Source: Planctomycetota bacterium (lineage in GTDB: Bacteria > Planctomycetota > Phycisphaerae > Phycisphaerales > Phycisphaeraceae). Taken from it: a stretch of 24,944 nucleotides of DNA. Every line of letters begins with the position of its first letter. Position 1 is the stretch's first letter. Below, in pieces: positions 16,529 through 24,529 of the stretch. The notes under the pieces were generated by a model. It was not told the DNA's origin. It saw nothing but the letters and a program-made list of their open reading frames with translations, and did no database searches. The DNA lies in contig JBCBUE010000001.1 in NCBI GenBank assembly GCA_039818285.1, positions 23,388-48,331 on the forward strand, given 5' to 3'. The translations under genes and the position numbers were made by a program.

Positions 16529-17710
16529 ATGAACACCGCCACTTCCAATCGCCATCACGACCCCCTCGCTCCGCTCCGCGGCGCCTATCCCAGCCGGGGC
16601 GCCGCCGATGTTCTCTGCGAACGCGTCGCCAACGTGCTGACGGCGGGCGGTTTCGAGGTCGGCGAACGCTTCCTCACGGACGACGAGCTGGCCGAGACCA
16701 CGGGCCTGAGCCGGTCGACCGTGCGGCGGGCGATCGCCGTGCTCCGGGCGCAGGGCTGGCTGCACAGCACGGCCGGCCGCGGCACGTTCGTGGGACGTCG
16801 CGAAGGGCCGACGCCCAGCTCCGACGAAGGCCGTTCGCCGGCTTCCACATCGCTTCGGATCGGCGTGCTGGCCTACTCGGTGAGCTCGCCCGAGTTCGAC
16901 TGGTTCACACCGAGCGTGATGCGCGGCATCCAACCCGTCGCCGCCGAGACGCACGCGCGGGTCGAGCTGATCGGCGGGCTGGGCCACGCGATCGACGACG
17001 CTCTGGCTCAATTGGACCGCCTAGCGCCGGACGCCCTGATCTGCCTCTCGGTCAACCCCAGCGACGAACTGCTGCTCCGTCACGCGTCGCAGCGCGGGCT
17101 GCGTTGCCTGATCGCCGGCACCGCGTTCCCCGAGCTGGACGTCCCCCGCGTCTGCGAGGACAACCGAGGCGGCATGGACATGGTCGTCCGCAAGGTCGCC
17201 GAACAAGGGCATCGCCGCATCGGGCTGATGATGCGTCGCTGGCCGGGCGCCTGGCTGCTCAAACGTCACGAGCAATGGCACGACACGCTGCGCGACCTGG
17301 GCTTCGACCACGACGAAGGCCTCATGCACTGGCTACCGAATCGCGATGAGGCTTACGTCGCTCGCTCCGCTCACGACGCCGTCGAGGCGTGGTTCGATCG
17401 CGCCAAGCCCACCGCCGTGATCTGCGGTCACTACGGCCCGACGCTGCACCTCGGCCAGCTCATCCGGCAACGCCGGCTCACGACCCCCGCCGATCTGTCC
17501 GTGGCGGTCATCGACCAGCACGCGGACGCCACGAAGATGCTCGGCGTCAGGCCGGCGATGGCGTCGTTACCCCTGCAGGAGATCGGCCGGACCCTCGCCC
17601 GCCAGGCCGTCGACTGGTGTCGCGGCCAGACGCCGCCGTCGCTGACCCGGCTGCCGATGACCTGGACCGACGGCGCGACGCTCGGCCCGACCGCGGAGGT
17701 CAAGCCATGA
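16529..17710 (+). CDS. Transcriptional regulator with a GntR-type winged HTH fused to a LacI/GalR-type (periplasmic-binding-protein fold) sugar-sensor domain, i.e. AraR-subfamily architecture
   Basis: I place the start at ATG 16529; the ORF track starts at 16457. HTH: ERFLTDDELAETTGLSRSTVRRAIAVLRAQGWLHSTAGRGTFV. It is followed by LRIGVLAYS..., ALICLSVNP, RRIGLMM and LSVAVIDQH strands typical of PBP type-1 effector domains. The stop overlaps the next gene's start (ATGA at 17707-17710). Confidence 0.8.
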   Translation: MNTATSNRHHDPLAPLRGAYPSRGAADVLCERVANVLTAGGFEVGERFLTDDELAETTGLSRSTVRRAIAVLRAQGWLHSTAGRGTFVGRREGPTPSSDEGRSPASTSLRIGVLAYSVSSPEFDWFTPSVMRGIQPVAAETHARVELIGGLGHAIDDALAQLDRLAPDALICLSVNPSDELLLRHASQRGLRCLIAGTAFPELDVPRVCEDNRGGMDMVVRKVAEQGHRRIGLMMRRWPGAWLLKRHEQWHDTLRDLGFDHDEGLMHWLPNRDEAYVARSAHDAVEAWFDRAKPTAVICGHYGPTLHLGQLIRQRRLTTPADLSVAVIDQHADATKMLGVRPAMASLPLQEIGRTLARQAVDWCRGQTPPSLTRLPMTWTDGATLGPTAEVKP

Positions 17711-18477
17711 CGGATTCACCCGCATGTAATTTAGTTCCGGGCAAGTGCTGGCTAGGTGTCGTTTTCACGCTCGGCGTTGCCGCGACGCCCTTCTCGCAAG
17801 CCGAGGAGGTCGTGTACCGCGAGACGTTCCCCAATCCAACAGGCCAAGCCCAATCGCTCGTTGAATACGCGTGGACGTATCACCTCGGCCCGGCGGGCTG
17901 GGACGAGACCCGCAACGACGCGACCCAGTCGCTGGTCAACGAGAGCCGTGGCTCGCAGCCCGACGCCGCGCCCGTCGCTTCGGGAGACGACGCGACCTCG
18001 CCCAATGGCTACGTGGTCAACGCCCTCGGGCCGGACGGACTCGATGACGATCCCTGGTGGAATCGCCTCAGCCTGTACGTCACCGAAGAGGTCGCGATCG
18101 ATCAATCGACGCACGCGCTCACCGCCATGAGCGTCGATCTGGCTGTGAGCCAACCCGACGCCGCACGCTTCGTCGTTCGCGTCGGCGATCGATGGTTGGC
18201 GTCGGCTGAGGCTTTCGAGCCCACTCCGCTGGCGGGATACGCCGTGTACGACCGATTCGCCGCCGATCACGCCGAGTGCCGGCTCGATTTCCACGTCGCC
18301 GAGTGGCTGCCCCTGGCGTTCGTGCCGGGCACGACCATGAGCCTCGACCTCGACACCACGCCGATCACCCTGCCCGACGGCCCGCTCACCGCCGTGGGCC
18401 TGCTGATTCAGCCCACCGGGTTCGAGGCGTTCGACAACTTCACGATCTACGGCGTTTCCAACACGCCCTCCCCATGA
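17707..18477 (+). CDS. Secreted hypothetical protein. It has the same size and layout as the PEP-CTERM proteins but no anchor, ending in ...VSNTPSP (P5).
   Basis: ATG at 17707 overlaps the regulator's stop. Signal peptide: [32 protein letters not shown]. The mature N-terminus [12 protein letters not shown] and the C-terminal strand [13 protein letters not shown] parallel the corresponding parts of P1-P4. Confidence 0.65.
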   Translation: MTDSPACNLVPGKCWLGVVFTLGVAATPFSQAEEVVYRETFPNPTGQAQSLVEYAWTYHLGPAGWDETRNDATQSLVNESRGSQPDAAPVASGDDATSPNGYVVNALGPDGLDDDPWWNRLSLYVTEEVAIDQSTHALTAMSVDLAVSQPDAARFVVRVGDRWLASAEAFEPTPLAGYAVYDRFAADHAECRLDFHVAEWLPLAFVPGTTMSLDLDTTPITLPDGPLTAVGLLIQPTGFEAFDNFTIYGVSNTPSP

Positions 18478-18506
18478 CTCTCTTTTCCCCGACTGGGAGA
18501 CCTTTT

Positions 18507-19301
18507 ATGCTCGCCTCTGCATCGCCCCAACCGCATCGACGCCACGCCTTCACGCTGATCGAGCTGCTCGTGGTCATCTCGATCATCGCGCTACTGATCG
18601 CCGTCCTGCTGCCCGCTCTTCAGGCGGCTCGAGAGACCGCCCGTGCGACAAAGTGCGGCGCGACCCTCCGGCAGATCGGCATCGCCGTCGCCGCGTACGA
18701 AGTGGATTACGGCGTGATGCCCATCGGCATTCACAGCTTCAGCCCGGTCTATTTCGATTGGACCTTCAGCCTCGCCGACGATTACATGGGCGGCGGCGGC
18801 GACGGCCCCGCGATCGGCCAGCAACGCGAGCGTGTCCTGCAATGCCCGAGCGCCGAGCAAGCCGTCGAAACACCGGGCAGCGATGCCAACCACTACTCGT
18901 CGCACCCACGGCTGATGCCCAACGTCCTCGATCAAGACTTCCACGCCGGCGGCGGCGCGCTGCTGCAGGCTTATCGATCCGACCAGGTCCTCGACGCCAG
19001 CGACAAGTTTCTTGTCATCGACGGAGCCCTGAACCCCAGCCAGAACGACAGCGCCGAGCCGATCGCGCGAAACATCGACGGATTCCGAATCTTCTACCAA
19101 GGCCTGGTCGAGGCGCCAGGAACCGATCTCGACGTCACGATCGATACCGGCGATAACACCGACTCGGTCGGAAATACCCAGCAGCCTCGCTTCCGCCACG
19201 GCGGCAACTCGACCGCCAACGCGGTACACGTGGACGGACACGTTCAGACACATCGCTTCGGCGAGATGACGGCCAGGGCCACACGTCTGATCGAACCCTA
19301 A
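18507..19301 (+). CDS. DUF1559-type pseudopilin-like protein with a prepilin-type N-terminal cleavage/methylation domain (D2)
   Basis: ATG at 18507, with GGAG 7 nt upstream. An alternative in-frame ATG at 18474 overlaps the preceding stop codon. N-terminus: ...HRRHA|[33 protein letters not shown]-terminus: [20 protein letters not shown], the His...DGH signature of the DUF1559 family. Confidence 0.85.
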   Translation: MLASASPQPHRRHAFTLIELLVVISIIALLIAVLLPALQAARETARATKCGATLRQIGIAVAAYEVDYGVMPIGIHSFSPVYFDWTFSLADDYMGGGGDGPAIGQQRERVLQCPSAEQAVETPGSDANHYSSHPRLMPNVLDQDFHAGGGALLQAYRSDQVLDASDKFLVIDGALNPSQNDSAEPIARNIDGFRIFYQGLVEAPGTDLDVTIDTGDNTDSVGNTQQPRFRHGGNSTANAVHVDGHVQTHRFGEMTARATRLIEP

Positions 19302-19343
19302 TGCTCAGCCACGAGAACGACGCAAGGATCGAAAGCCGATCGC

Positions 19344-21596
19344 ATGCAATTACCAACCCTGTTTCATCTCGCACGTCGTTCTCGATGCCGAGGCCATCTT
19401 GGAGCGATCGGGATGTCACTGATATTCGTATCGGCGAGCGCCGATGTCGCGCTCTCGGAAGCGGCGCACGAGCACAAACACGGCACCTGGCAGCCGCGTG
19501 CCATGGTCACCGCCGAGGCCCGCGCCGCCGGTGTGACCGTCGGCGGCGAGGGCGCCCAGTGGCCGCAGTCGATCGACATCGATCCGGTCACCGGCGAATT
19601 CCTCGTCTTCTCGACCGACGTCGGCGGGCTCTGGCGCAGCATCGACGGCGGGGCCACCTGGGAACCGGCCAACGTCGGCTACACGCCGCGTGGCGGGTGC
19701 GGCATCGCCATCGACCCGAACTTTCCTGAGCGCGTGATCAGCGTCGGCAGCAACTCGATGGGGTCGGCCGAGAACGGCCTGTACCTCAGCGAAGATCGCG
19801 CAGCGTCCTGGCGAGCGGTGATGAAGGTGCCCATGTCAGGCCGAGAAGACCGGCGCCGCCAAGTCGCGTTCGACCCGACGACGGGCGACGACGACGCGGG
19901 CCTGACGCGCGTGGCCTATTGGTCGCGCGGCCGCGAGGTGCAACCGGACATCTGGGGTGAACTGGAGATCGACCCCGGCCTGTACCGCAGCGACGACGGG
20001 GGCCGACACTGGACACGCCTCGACGGCGCCGCCGACGCAGCCGGCCACGCGGCGCTCGCGGTGCACCCGACGACGGGTCGGCTGTACGCCGCAAGCGAAC
20101 GCGGGGTCTACGTCAGTGACGACCGCGGCTCGACGTTCCACCGAGTGCTCGACACACCCGCGACAAGCATCGGGGTGAGTCCAGATCGGCCGAACGCGGT
20201 GTGGGTGACGCACCCCGACGGCCTCTCAAGCTCGAGCGACGCCGGCGAGTCGTGGTCCGCCATCGAGACGACCGGGCTCGAAGAGCCCATCGCCGGCGAG
20301 ACCGGCCGCGACGCGGCGCCGACGCCCCGCCGCAACGTCGTGTTCGGCGCCTTGCGTGTCAGCCCCGCCGACGCCGACCGGATGGTCATGCGCTCTCTCG
20401 CCGACGACTGGCGCTGGCTGCGTCACGTCTCCCACGACGGCGGGCGGACCTGGCGCCTCGGCGAGGTCGACTCATCGCTCGCGTTCTTCCCGCTGAACGC
20501 CAGGCAACTCATGTTCGACTGGCACCCGACCGATCCCGACGTCGTGTGGTCCTTCGGGGGCGACTGGCCGACTCGGAGCGACGACGGCGGTCAAACCTTC
20601 GAGTGGGCGGGCAATGGGCAAAACGCCGTCTTCGTCGCCGGCCACTTCAACTTCAACCCGCATCATCCCGGCCTGCTGTTCCTCTCCAGCCAGGACTACA
20701 ACGGGGGCGTCACCCACGACGGGGGCGAGACGTGGCGATACACCCCCGTCTCCGGCGAGGGGTGGGGCGGCTTCGTGTACGGCGGATTGGCGATCTCGCC
20801 GACCGTGCTGGTTGGCGGCCATGCCCGAGGCGGATGGGGCGCCGAGCGGGTGCTGTCGATCAGCCGTGACGGCGGCGCGTCGTGGTCCGAGTCGCCCGAC
20901 GTGAGCTGGACGAGCGATCGCGGCGACCCGACGTACGGCGTGGACGTCGGCTTGGTAGATCCGATCGACCCCGACCGCGCGTTCATCGCCGGCTTCCGCA
21001 CCACCGACGGTGGCGCGACGTGGTCACGAATGGACGGCGTGGACGGCGTGTACGCGGCAAGCCGGTCGTCCAGCCGACTCTTCGGCGTCGAAGCCGACGC
21101 GGCTCGCTCCCGACTGGTCGTCAGTGACGACCACGGCCAGACCTGGAAGGAGCTGATCCAAATCGACGGCTCGATCGACGACGTCTCGGTCACGCCGGAC
21201 GGATCGACCGTCTACCTCGCGAGCCAGTCTCGCCTGTGGCGCTACCGCGTCGACGGCGATCGCGAACGCGTCTTGGGCAACCCGCTGGTGCTGATCGACA
21301 CCCCGCCGACGTCGACCGGCCGCCATCGGATCGACTCGGTCGCGGTCGACCCTCGCCATCCGTCCACGGTGTTCGCCGGCCAACGAATCGACCTGCACGC
21401 GGCCGACGTCGGCGTGATGCGTTCTGACGACGGCGGAGCGACGTGGCACAACCTCAACGCGAGCGCCCCGCTTGGACCGGGCGAGATCGTCGATGGGGGC
21501 CGCGAGCCCCAGTGCATCCGGGTCGACCCGCACACCGGCGACCTCTGGGCCACCACCGGCTGCTACGGCGTCTGGGTCTATCGCCAGGCCAACTGA
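19344..21596 (+). CDS. BNR/Asp-box repeat double beta-propeller protein, GH74-like (xyloglucanase-family fold) or sortilin/VPS10-like; secreted
   Basis: 750-aa ORF with a signal-like N-terminus (LGAIGMSLIFVSASA). Twelve Asp-box (S-x-D-x-G-x-T/S-W/F) motifs lie between 19638 and 21449: SIDGGATWE, SEDRAASWR, SDDGGRHWT, SDDRGSTFH, SSDAGESWS, SHDGGRTWR, SDDGGQTFE, THDGGETWR, SRDGGASWS, TTDGGATWS, SDDHGQTWK, SDDGGATWH. The size and repeat number fit two 6-7-bladed propellers. Confidence 0.7.
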   Translation: MQLPTLFHLARRSRCRGHLGAIGMSLIFVSASADVALSEAAHEHKHGTWQPRAMVTAEARAAGVTVGGEGAQWPQSIDIDPVTGEFLVFSTDVGGLWRSIDGGATWEPANVGYTPRGGCGIAIDPNFPERVISVGSNSMGSAENGLYLSEDRAASWRAVMKVPMSGREDRRRQVAFDPTTGDDDAGLTRVAYWSRGREVQPDIWGELEIDPGLYRSDDGGRHWTRLDGAADAAGHAALAVHPTTGRLYAASERGVYVSDDRGSTFHRVLDTPATSIGVSPDRPNAVWVTHPDGLSSSSDAGESWSAIETTGLEEPIAGETGRDAAPTPRRNVVFGALRVSPADADRMVMRSLADDWRWLRHVSHDGGRTWRLGEVDSSLAFFPLNARQLMFDWHPTDPDVVWSFGGDWPTRSDDGGQTFEWAGNGQNAVFVAGHFNFNPHHPGLLFLSSQDYNGGVTHDGGETWRYTPVSGEGWGGFVYGGLAISPTVLVGGHARGGWGAERVLSISRDGGASWSESPDVSWTSDRGDPTYGVDVGLVDPIDPDRAFIAGFRTTDGGATWSRMDGVDGVYAASRSSSRLFGVEADAARSRLVVSDDHGQTWKELIQIDGSIDDVSVTPDGSTVYLASQSRLWRYRVDGDRERVLGNPLVLIDTPPTSTGRHRIDSVAVDPRHPSTVFAGQRIDLHAADVGVMRSDDGGATWHNLNASAPLGPGEIVDGGREPQCIRVDPHTGDLWATTGCYGVWVYRQAN

Positions 21597-21719
21597 CCCC
21601 CGCCCCGGTCAACCAGACAGTAAAGGGGTCGAAGACGGCGGGTTCCCGGGCTGCCGTGGCCTGTCGAGCCGGCCGATCGCCGGCGTAGCCGGGCGCCGTT
21701 CAGTCCAAGTGACGATTTT

Positions 21720-21777
21720 AAGCAACTAGTTGCTTGACTCGAGATGCGCGGCTCTGTAATCTAGAAACCAGTTGCTT
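21720..21777 (+). promoter_or_regulatory. Promoter (TTGACT - 17 nt - TAATCT) bracketed by two LacI-type operator candidates
   Basis: O1 is the perfect 16-bp palindrome AAGCAACTAGTTGCTT at 21720-21735, overlapping the -35 box TTGACT (21734-21739). The -10 box TAATCT lies at 21757-21762. O2, TAGAAACCAGTTGCTT at 21762-21777, matches O1 at 13 of 16 positions. The centres are 42 bp apart. Confidence 0.55.
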
Positions 21778-21804
21778 AAACGTGTGTCTGACTCAGAGGT
21801 TCCC

Positions 21805-22839
21805 ATGCCCCGCACCGCCAAAGGCAGCCCGACCATGCTCGCCGTCGCCGAGCACGCCGGCGTCAACAAATCGACGGTCAGCCGGATCCTCAACGACAGC
21901 TACCCCAAGGGTTTCTCCGTCCGCCCCGAGGTCCGCGAGCGTGTCCTGCGGGCGGCCAAAGAACTCAGCTTCAAGCCCAACCCCTTCGTCCGTGGGCTCA
22001 AAGCCAAGCGGACCAAGATGGTCGCCATGCTGGGTTTGCGCGACTTCGGCTGGTCCAGCCGGGGGGCCGACGAGCACGCCATCAACGCGATGATCGACGC
22101 CTTGGCCGACGCCGACTACGAGGTCTGCACGACCTTTATCAAGCCCGGCAACCCCGACTTTCAGCCGCCGCGGTGGCGTGTCGATGCCGCGGTGGTCGTC
22201 GGCAACTCCTCGGCCGAGCAGGTCAGCGAGCTCGATCAGTCCGGCATCCCCTACGTCACCGTCAACGGCCCGGCCGGCCCGGCGGGCGGATCGGTGATCG
22301 TCGACGACGCGCACGGCGCCGAGTCGGCCGTGCGCAAGCTGATTGAGCTCGGCCATACCCGTATCGCCTATCTCTACTCGGCGTTCGACGCGACGCCGCC
22401 CGCGGCCGACCGCGTGGCGCACGCCAGCGAGATCGACCGCCGCGACGCATACGTCGCCGCGATGCAAGAAGCCGGTCTCGAGCCCGTCGCCGGCTACGAC
22501 CGCACCGACTGGACCGCCGAGCAAGCGATCGAGCAGATCGTCGTTCGCGACAAGGCCACGGCGATCCTCTCTTATCACCACGTCATGGCCGTCCAACACG
22601 TCGCCGCGATCCAGCGGGCCGGACGACGCGTGCCGGACGACGTCAGCGTGCTCTGCTTCAACGACGCGTTTCCCACCGCCGAGATGCACCCGTCGCTCAC
22701 CGCGATGTCGCTGCCCGGCGAAGCGATGGGCCGCGAGACCGCCCGCATGATCCTCGACATGATCGAGGGCGGGACACCCAAGCAGATGCTGTTCTCCGAG
22801 TCTCTGATTCTCCGCGAGTCGACGGCCCGTTGTCGTTGA
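21805..22839 (+). CDS. LacI/GalR-family transcriptional regulator
   Basis: I place the start at ATG 21805, with GAGG upstream; the ORF-track TTG at 21772 lies inside the operator. HTH: PTMLAVAEHAGVNKSTVSRILND..VRPEVRERVLRAAKELSFKPNPFVRGLK. It is followed by a PBP-type effector domain (KMVAMLG, GHTRIAYL, VSVLCFND). Confidence 0.9.
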   Translation: MPRTAKGSPTMLAVAEHAGVNKSTVSRILNDSYPKGFSVRPEVRERVLRAAKELSFKPNPFVRGLKAKRTKMVAMLGLRDFGWSSRGADEHAINAMIDALADADYEVCTTFIKPGNPDFQPPRWRVDAAVVVGNSSAEQVSELDQSGIPYVTVNGPAGPAGGSVIVDDAHGAESAVRKLIELGHTRIAYLYSAFDATPPAADRVAHASEIDRRDAYVAAMQEAGLEPVAGYDRTDWTAEQAIEQIVVRDKATAILSYHHVMAVQHVAAIQRAGRRVPDDVSVLCFNDAFPTAEMHPSLTAMSLPGEAMGRETARMILDMIEGGTPKQMLFSESLILRESTARCR

Positions 22840-22883
22840 TCGCTCCGTCTCTGTCCGTGTGGACCCTTCAAGGAGGTTCTTGG

Positions 22884-23582
22884 ATGCCAACTCAGATGTT
22901 CAATGTGCTGACCGGCGGATTCGTAACCGTGACGACCCTCGCGATCGCAACGGCAAGCCCAACCGCGTCGGCCGCCGTCTTCACAGACGCCGGCAATTCG
23001 GGCGATTTCTTCGGCACCGCCAACCAGATGGCGATCTTCAACACGGGTCAGGACTACCTGATCGACGGCTCGTTCGAGGTCAGCTTCACGACCTACGACG
23101 GCGACGGCGGCACCCTCGAGGACGACAAGGCCCTCGGGACGATCGACTATCACGTCGCCAACATCGACCTTGGCCTGCCCGCTGGAGAGACCTTCACGGG
23201 CGTTGAGATCGACACCGCGACGTGGGACGGCCGATCCAACTTCGACGGCCAATCCGAGAGCGACATCTACATGGTTCAGCTCTCGGATGACGGCGTGACG
23301 TTTGGCGCTCCCATCGTGCTCGGCTTCACCACGCCCGTCGTTTCGTCGAACCCCGGCTTTGTCCTGTCGACCGGTTCGGCGGACGGCTTCTTCGCCGATT
23401 ACGTCCGGATCAGCATCCTGTCGCGCGTCGAAGCGGCCGGCTCGGGCGCCAACGACCCGTGGTCGTCGCGCATCGAGGAGATCCGCCTGACCTCCGGCGT
23501 GATCCCCGAGCCCGCGTCGCTCGCGCTCGTCGGCGCTGGCGTCGCGCTGGCCGGGCTCCGTCGCCGTCGGGCGGCCGACTGA
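22884..23582 (+). CDS. Small secreted protein with a PEP-CTERM sorting signal (P4)
   Basis: ATG at 22884 is preceded by AGGAGG (22871-22876). Signal peptide: MPTQMFNVLTGGFVTVTTLAIATASPTASA. C-terminus: IPEPASLALVGAGVALAGLRRRRAAD (PEP at 23505-23513). Confidence 0.85.
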   Translation: MPTQMFNVLTGGFVTVTTLAIATASPTASAAVFTDAGNSGDFFGTANQMAIFNTGQDYLIDGSFEVSFTTYDGDGGTLEDDKALGTIDYHVANIDLGLPAGETFTGVEIDTATWDGRSNFDGQSESDIYMVQLSDDGVTFGAPIVLGFTTPVVSSNPGFVLSTGSADGFFADYVRISILSRVEAAGSGANDPWSSRIEEIRLTSGVIPEPASLALVGAGVALAGLRRRRAAD

Positions 23583-23660
23583 CCTCTGCCCCGGCGTCGC
23601 CCGCAAGCGTCGCGGGGCTTTCCGTTCTGTTTCGCCTACCCTTTAGCAGGACTCTCTCTC

Positions 23661-24446
23661 ATGAAACGTCAAGGCTTCACCCTGATCGAACTGCTGGTCG
23701 TGATTTCCATTATCGCCCTGCTGATCAGCATCTTGCTGCCCGCGCTCGGCGCCGCCCGCGCATCGGCTCGCGATCTCCAGTGCAAGTCCAACTTCCGCCA
23801 GCTCGGCATCGCCAACCTCGCCTATTCCGTCGAGCACGGCGACCGCATGGCCGCGACGTGGGAGCACGGGTTCGCAGGAACATCGACCTTCTGGCAGGAG
23901 AACCTCGCCGAATACATCACCGTTCTCGAAGACGACGCCACCGCCACGACCCGCGAGCGTTGGCGTTCCAACCCCGACAACATGCTCAACTGCCCCGAGT
24001 CCGACTTCGGCGCGACAACGGATCGCTTCACAAGCGCCCCCAACAGTCTCATGCAAGGCGATCAGAACGGCGCAGACCCGTGGGACGGGTACGAGACCTA
24101 TGTGGTGCCGAACCCCTCTGAGATCATTATGTGCGGCGAGACAGACGGCGACCAAGGCGGCGCCGTCTCCAACAACCTGACCAGCGTCGACGGAACGATC
24201 GGTTGGGCCGGCGGCGGATTCGCGACTTCGATTGTCGGAAGCTGGTACTCCATCCCTGGCTTCCGCCACGGCGGTGACTACGAAGGAGCGGTGCCATCGG
24301 CGGCCGACCCGCTTCGAACCCTCGCCGGTCGGACGTCCAACCAGGTCTTGATGGACGGCCACGTCGACTCGTTCGAGCCCGAACAGCTCGTCGACAACAA
24401 CGGCGACGGCTACGACGGCAACGGCTCGCCCTGGCGCTGGTGGTAA
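23661..24446 (+). CDS. DUF1559-type pseudopilin-like protein with a prepilin-type N-terminal cleavage/methylation domain (D3)
   Basis: N-terminus: MKRQG|[33 protein letters not shown]-terminus: [11 protein letters not shown]...[12 protein letters not shown], the His...DGH signature with an insertion. Confidence 0.85.
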   Translation: MKRQGFTLIELLVVISIIALLISILLPALGAARASARDLQCKSNFRQLGIANLAYSVEHGDRMAATWEHGFAGTSTFWQENLAEYITVLEDDATATTRERWRSNPDNMLNCPESDFGATTDRFTSAPNSLMQGDQNGADPWDGYETYVVPNPSEIIMCGETDGDQGGAVSNNLTSVDGTIGWAGGGFATSIVGSWYSIPGFRHGGDYEGAVPSAADPLRTLAGRTSNQVLMDGHVDSFEPEQLVDNNGDGYDGNGSPWRWW

Positions 24447-24529
24447 AGCCCACACGTCATCACCTCCTCTGAACGCCTGCGCCCGAGCGGTCAAGCGGCC
24501 GCTCGTGGCATTTGCGGAGACACCTCCCG

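Noticed and set aside
23588-23636. Hairpin GCCCCG...CGGGGC followed by T-rich sequence after P4, considered as a terminator.
   Set aside because: The stem is only 6 bp and the loop is 19 nt. The T tract is interrupted (TTTCCGTTCTGTTTCG). This is not convincing compared with the clean terminator at 13322-13351.
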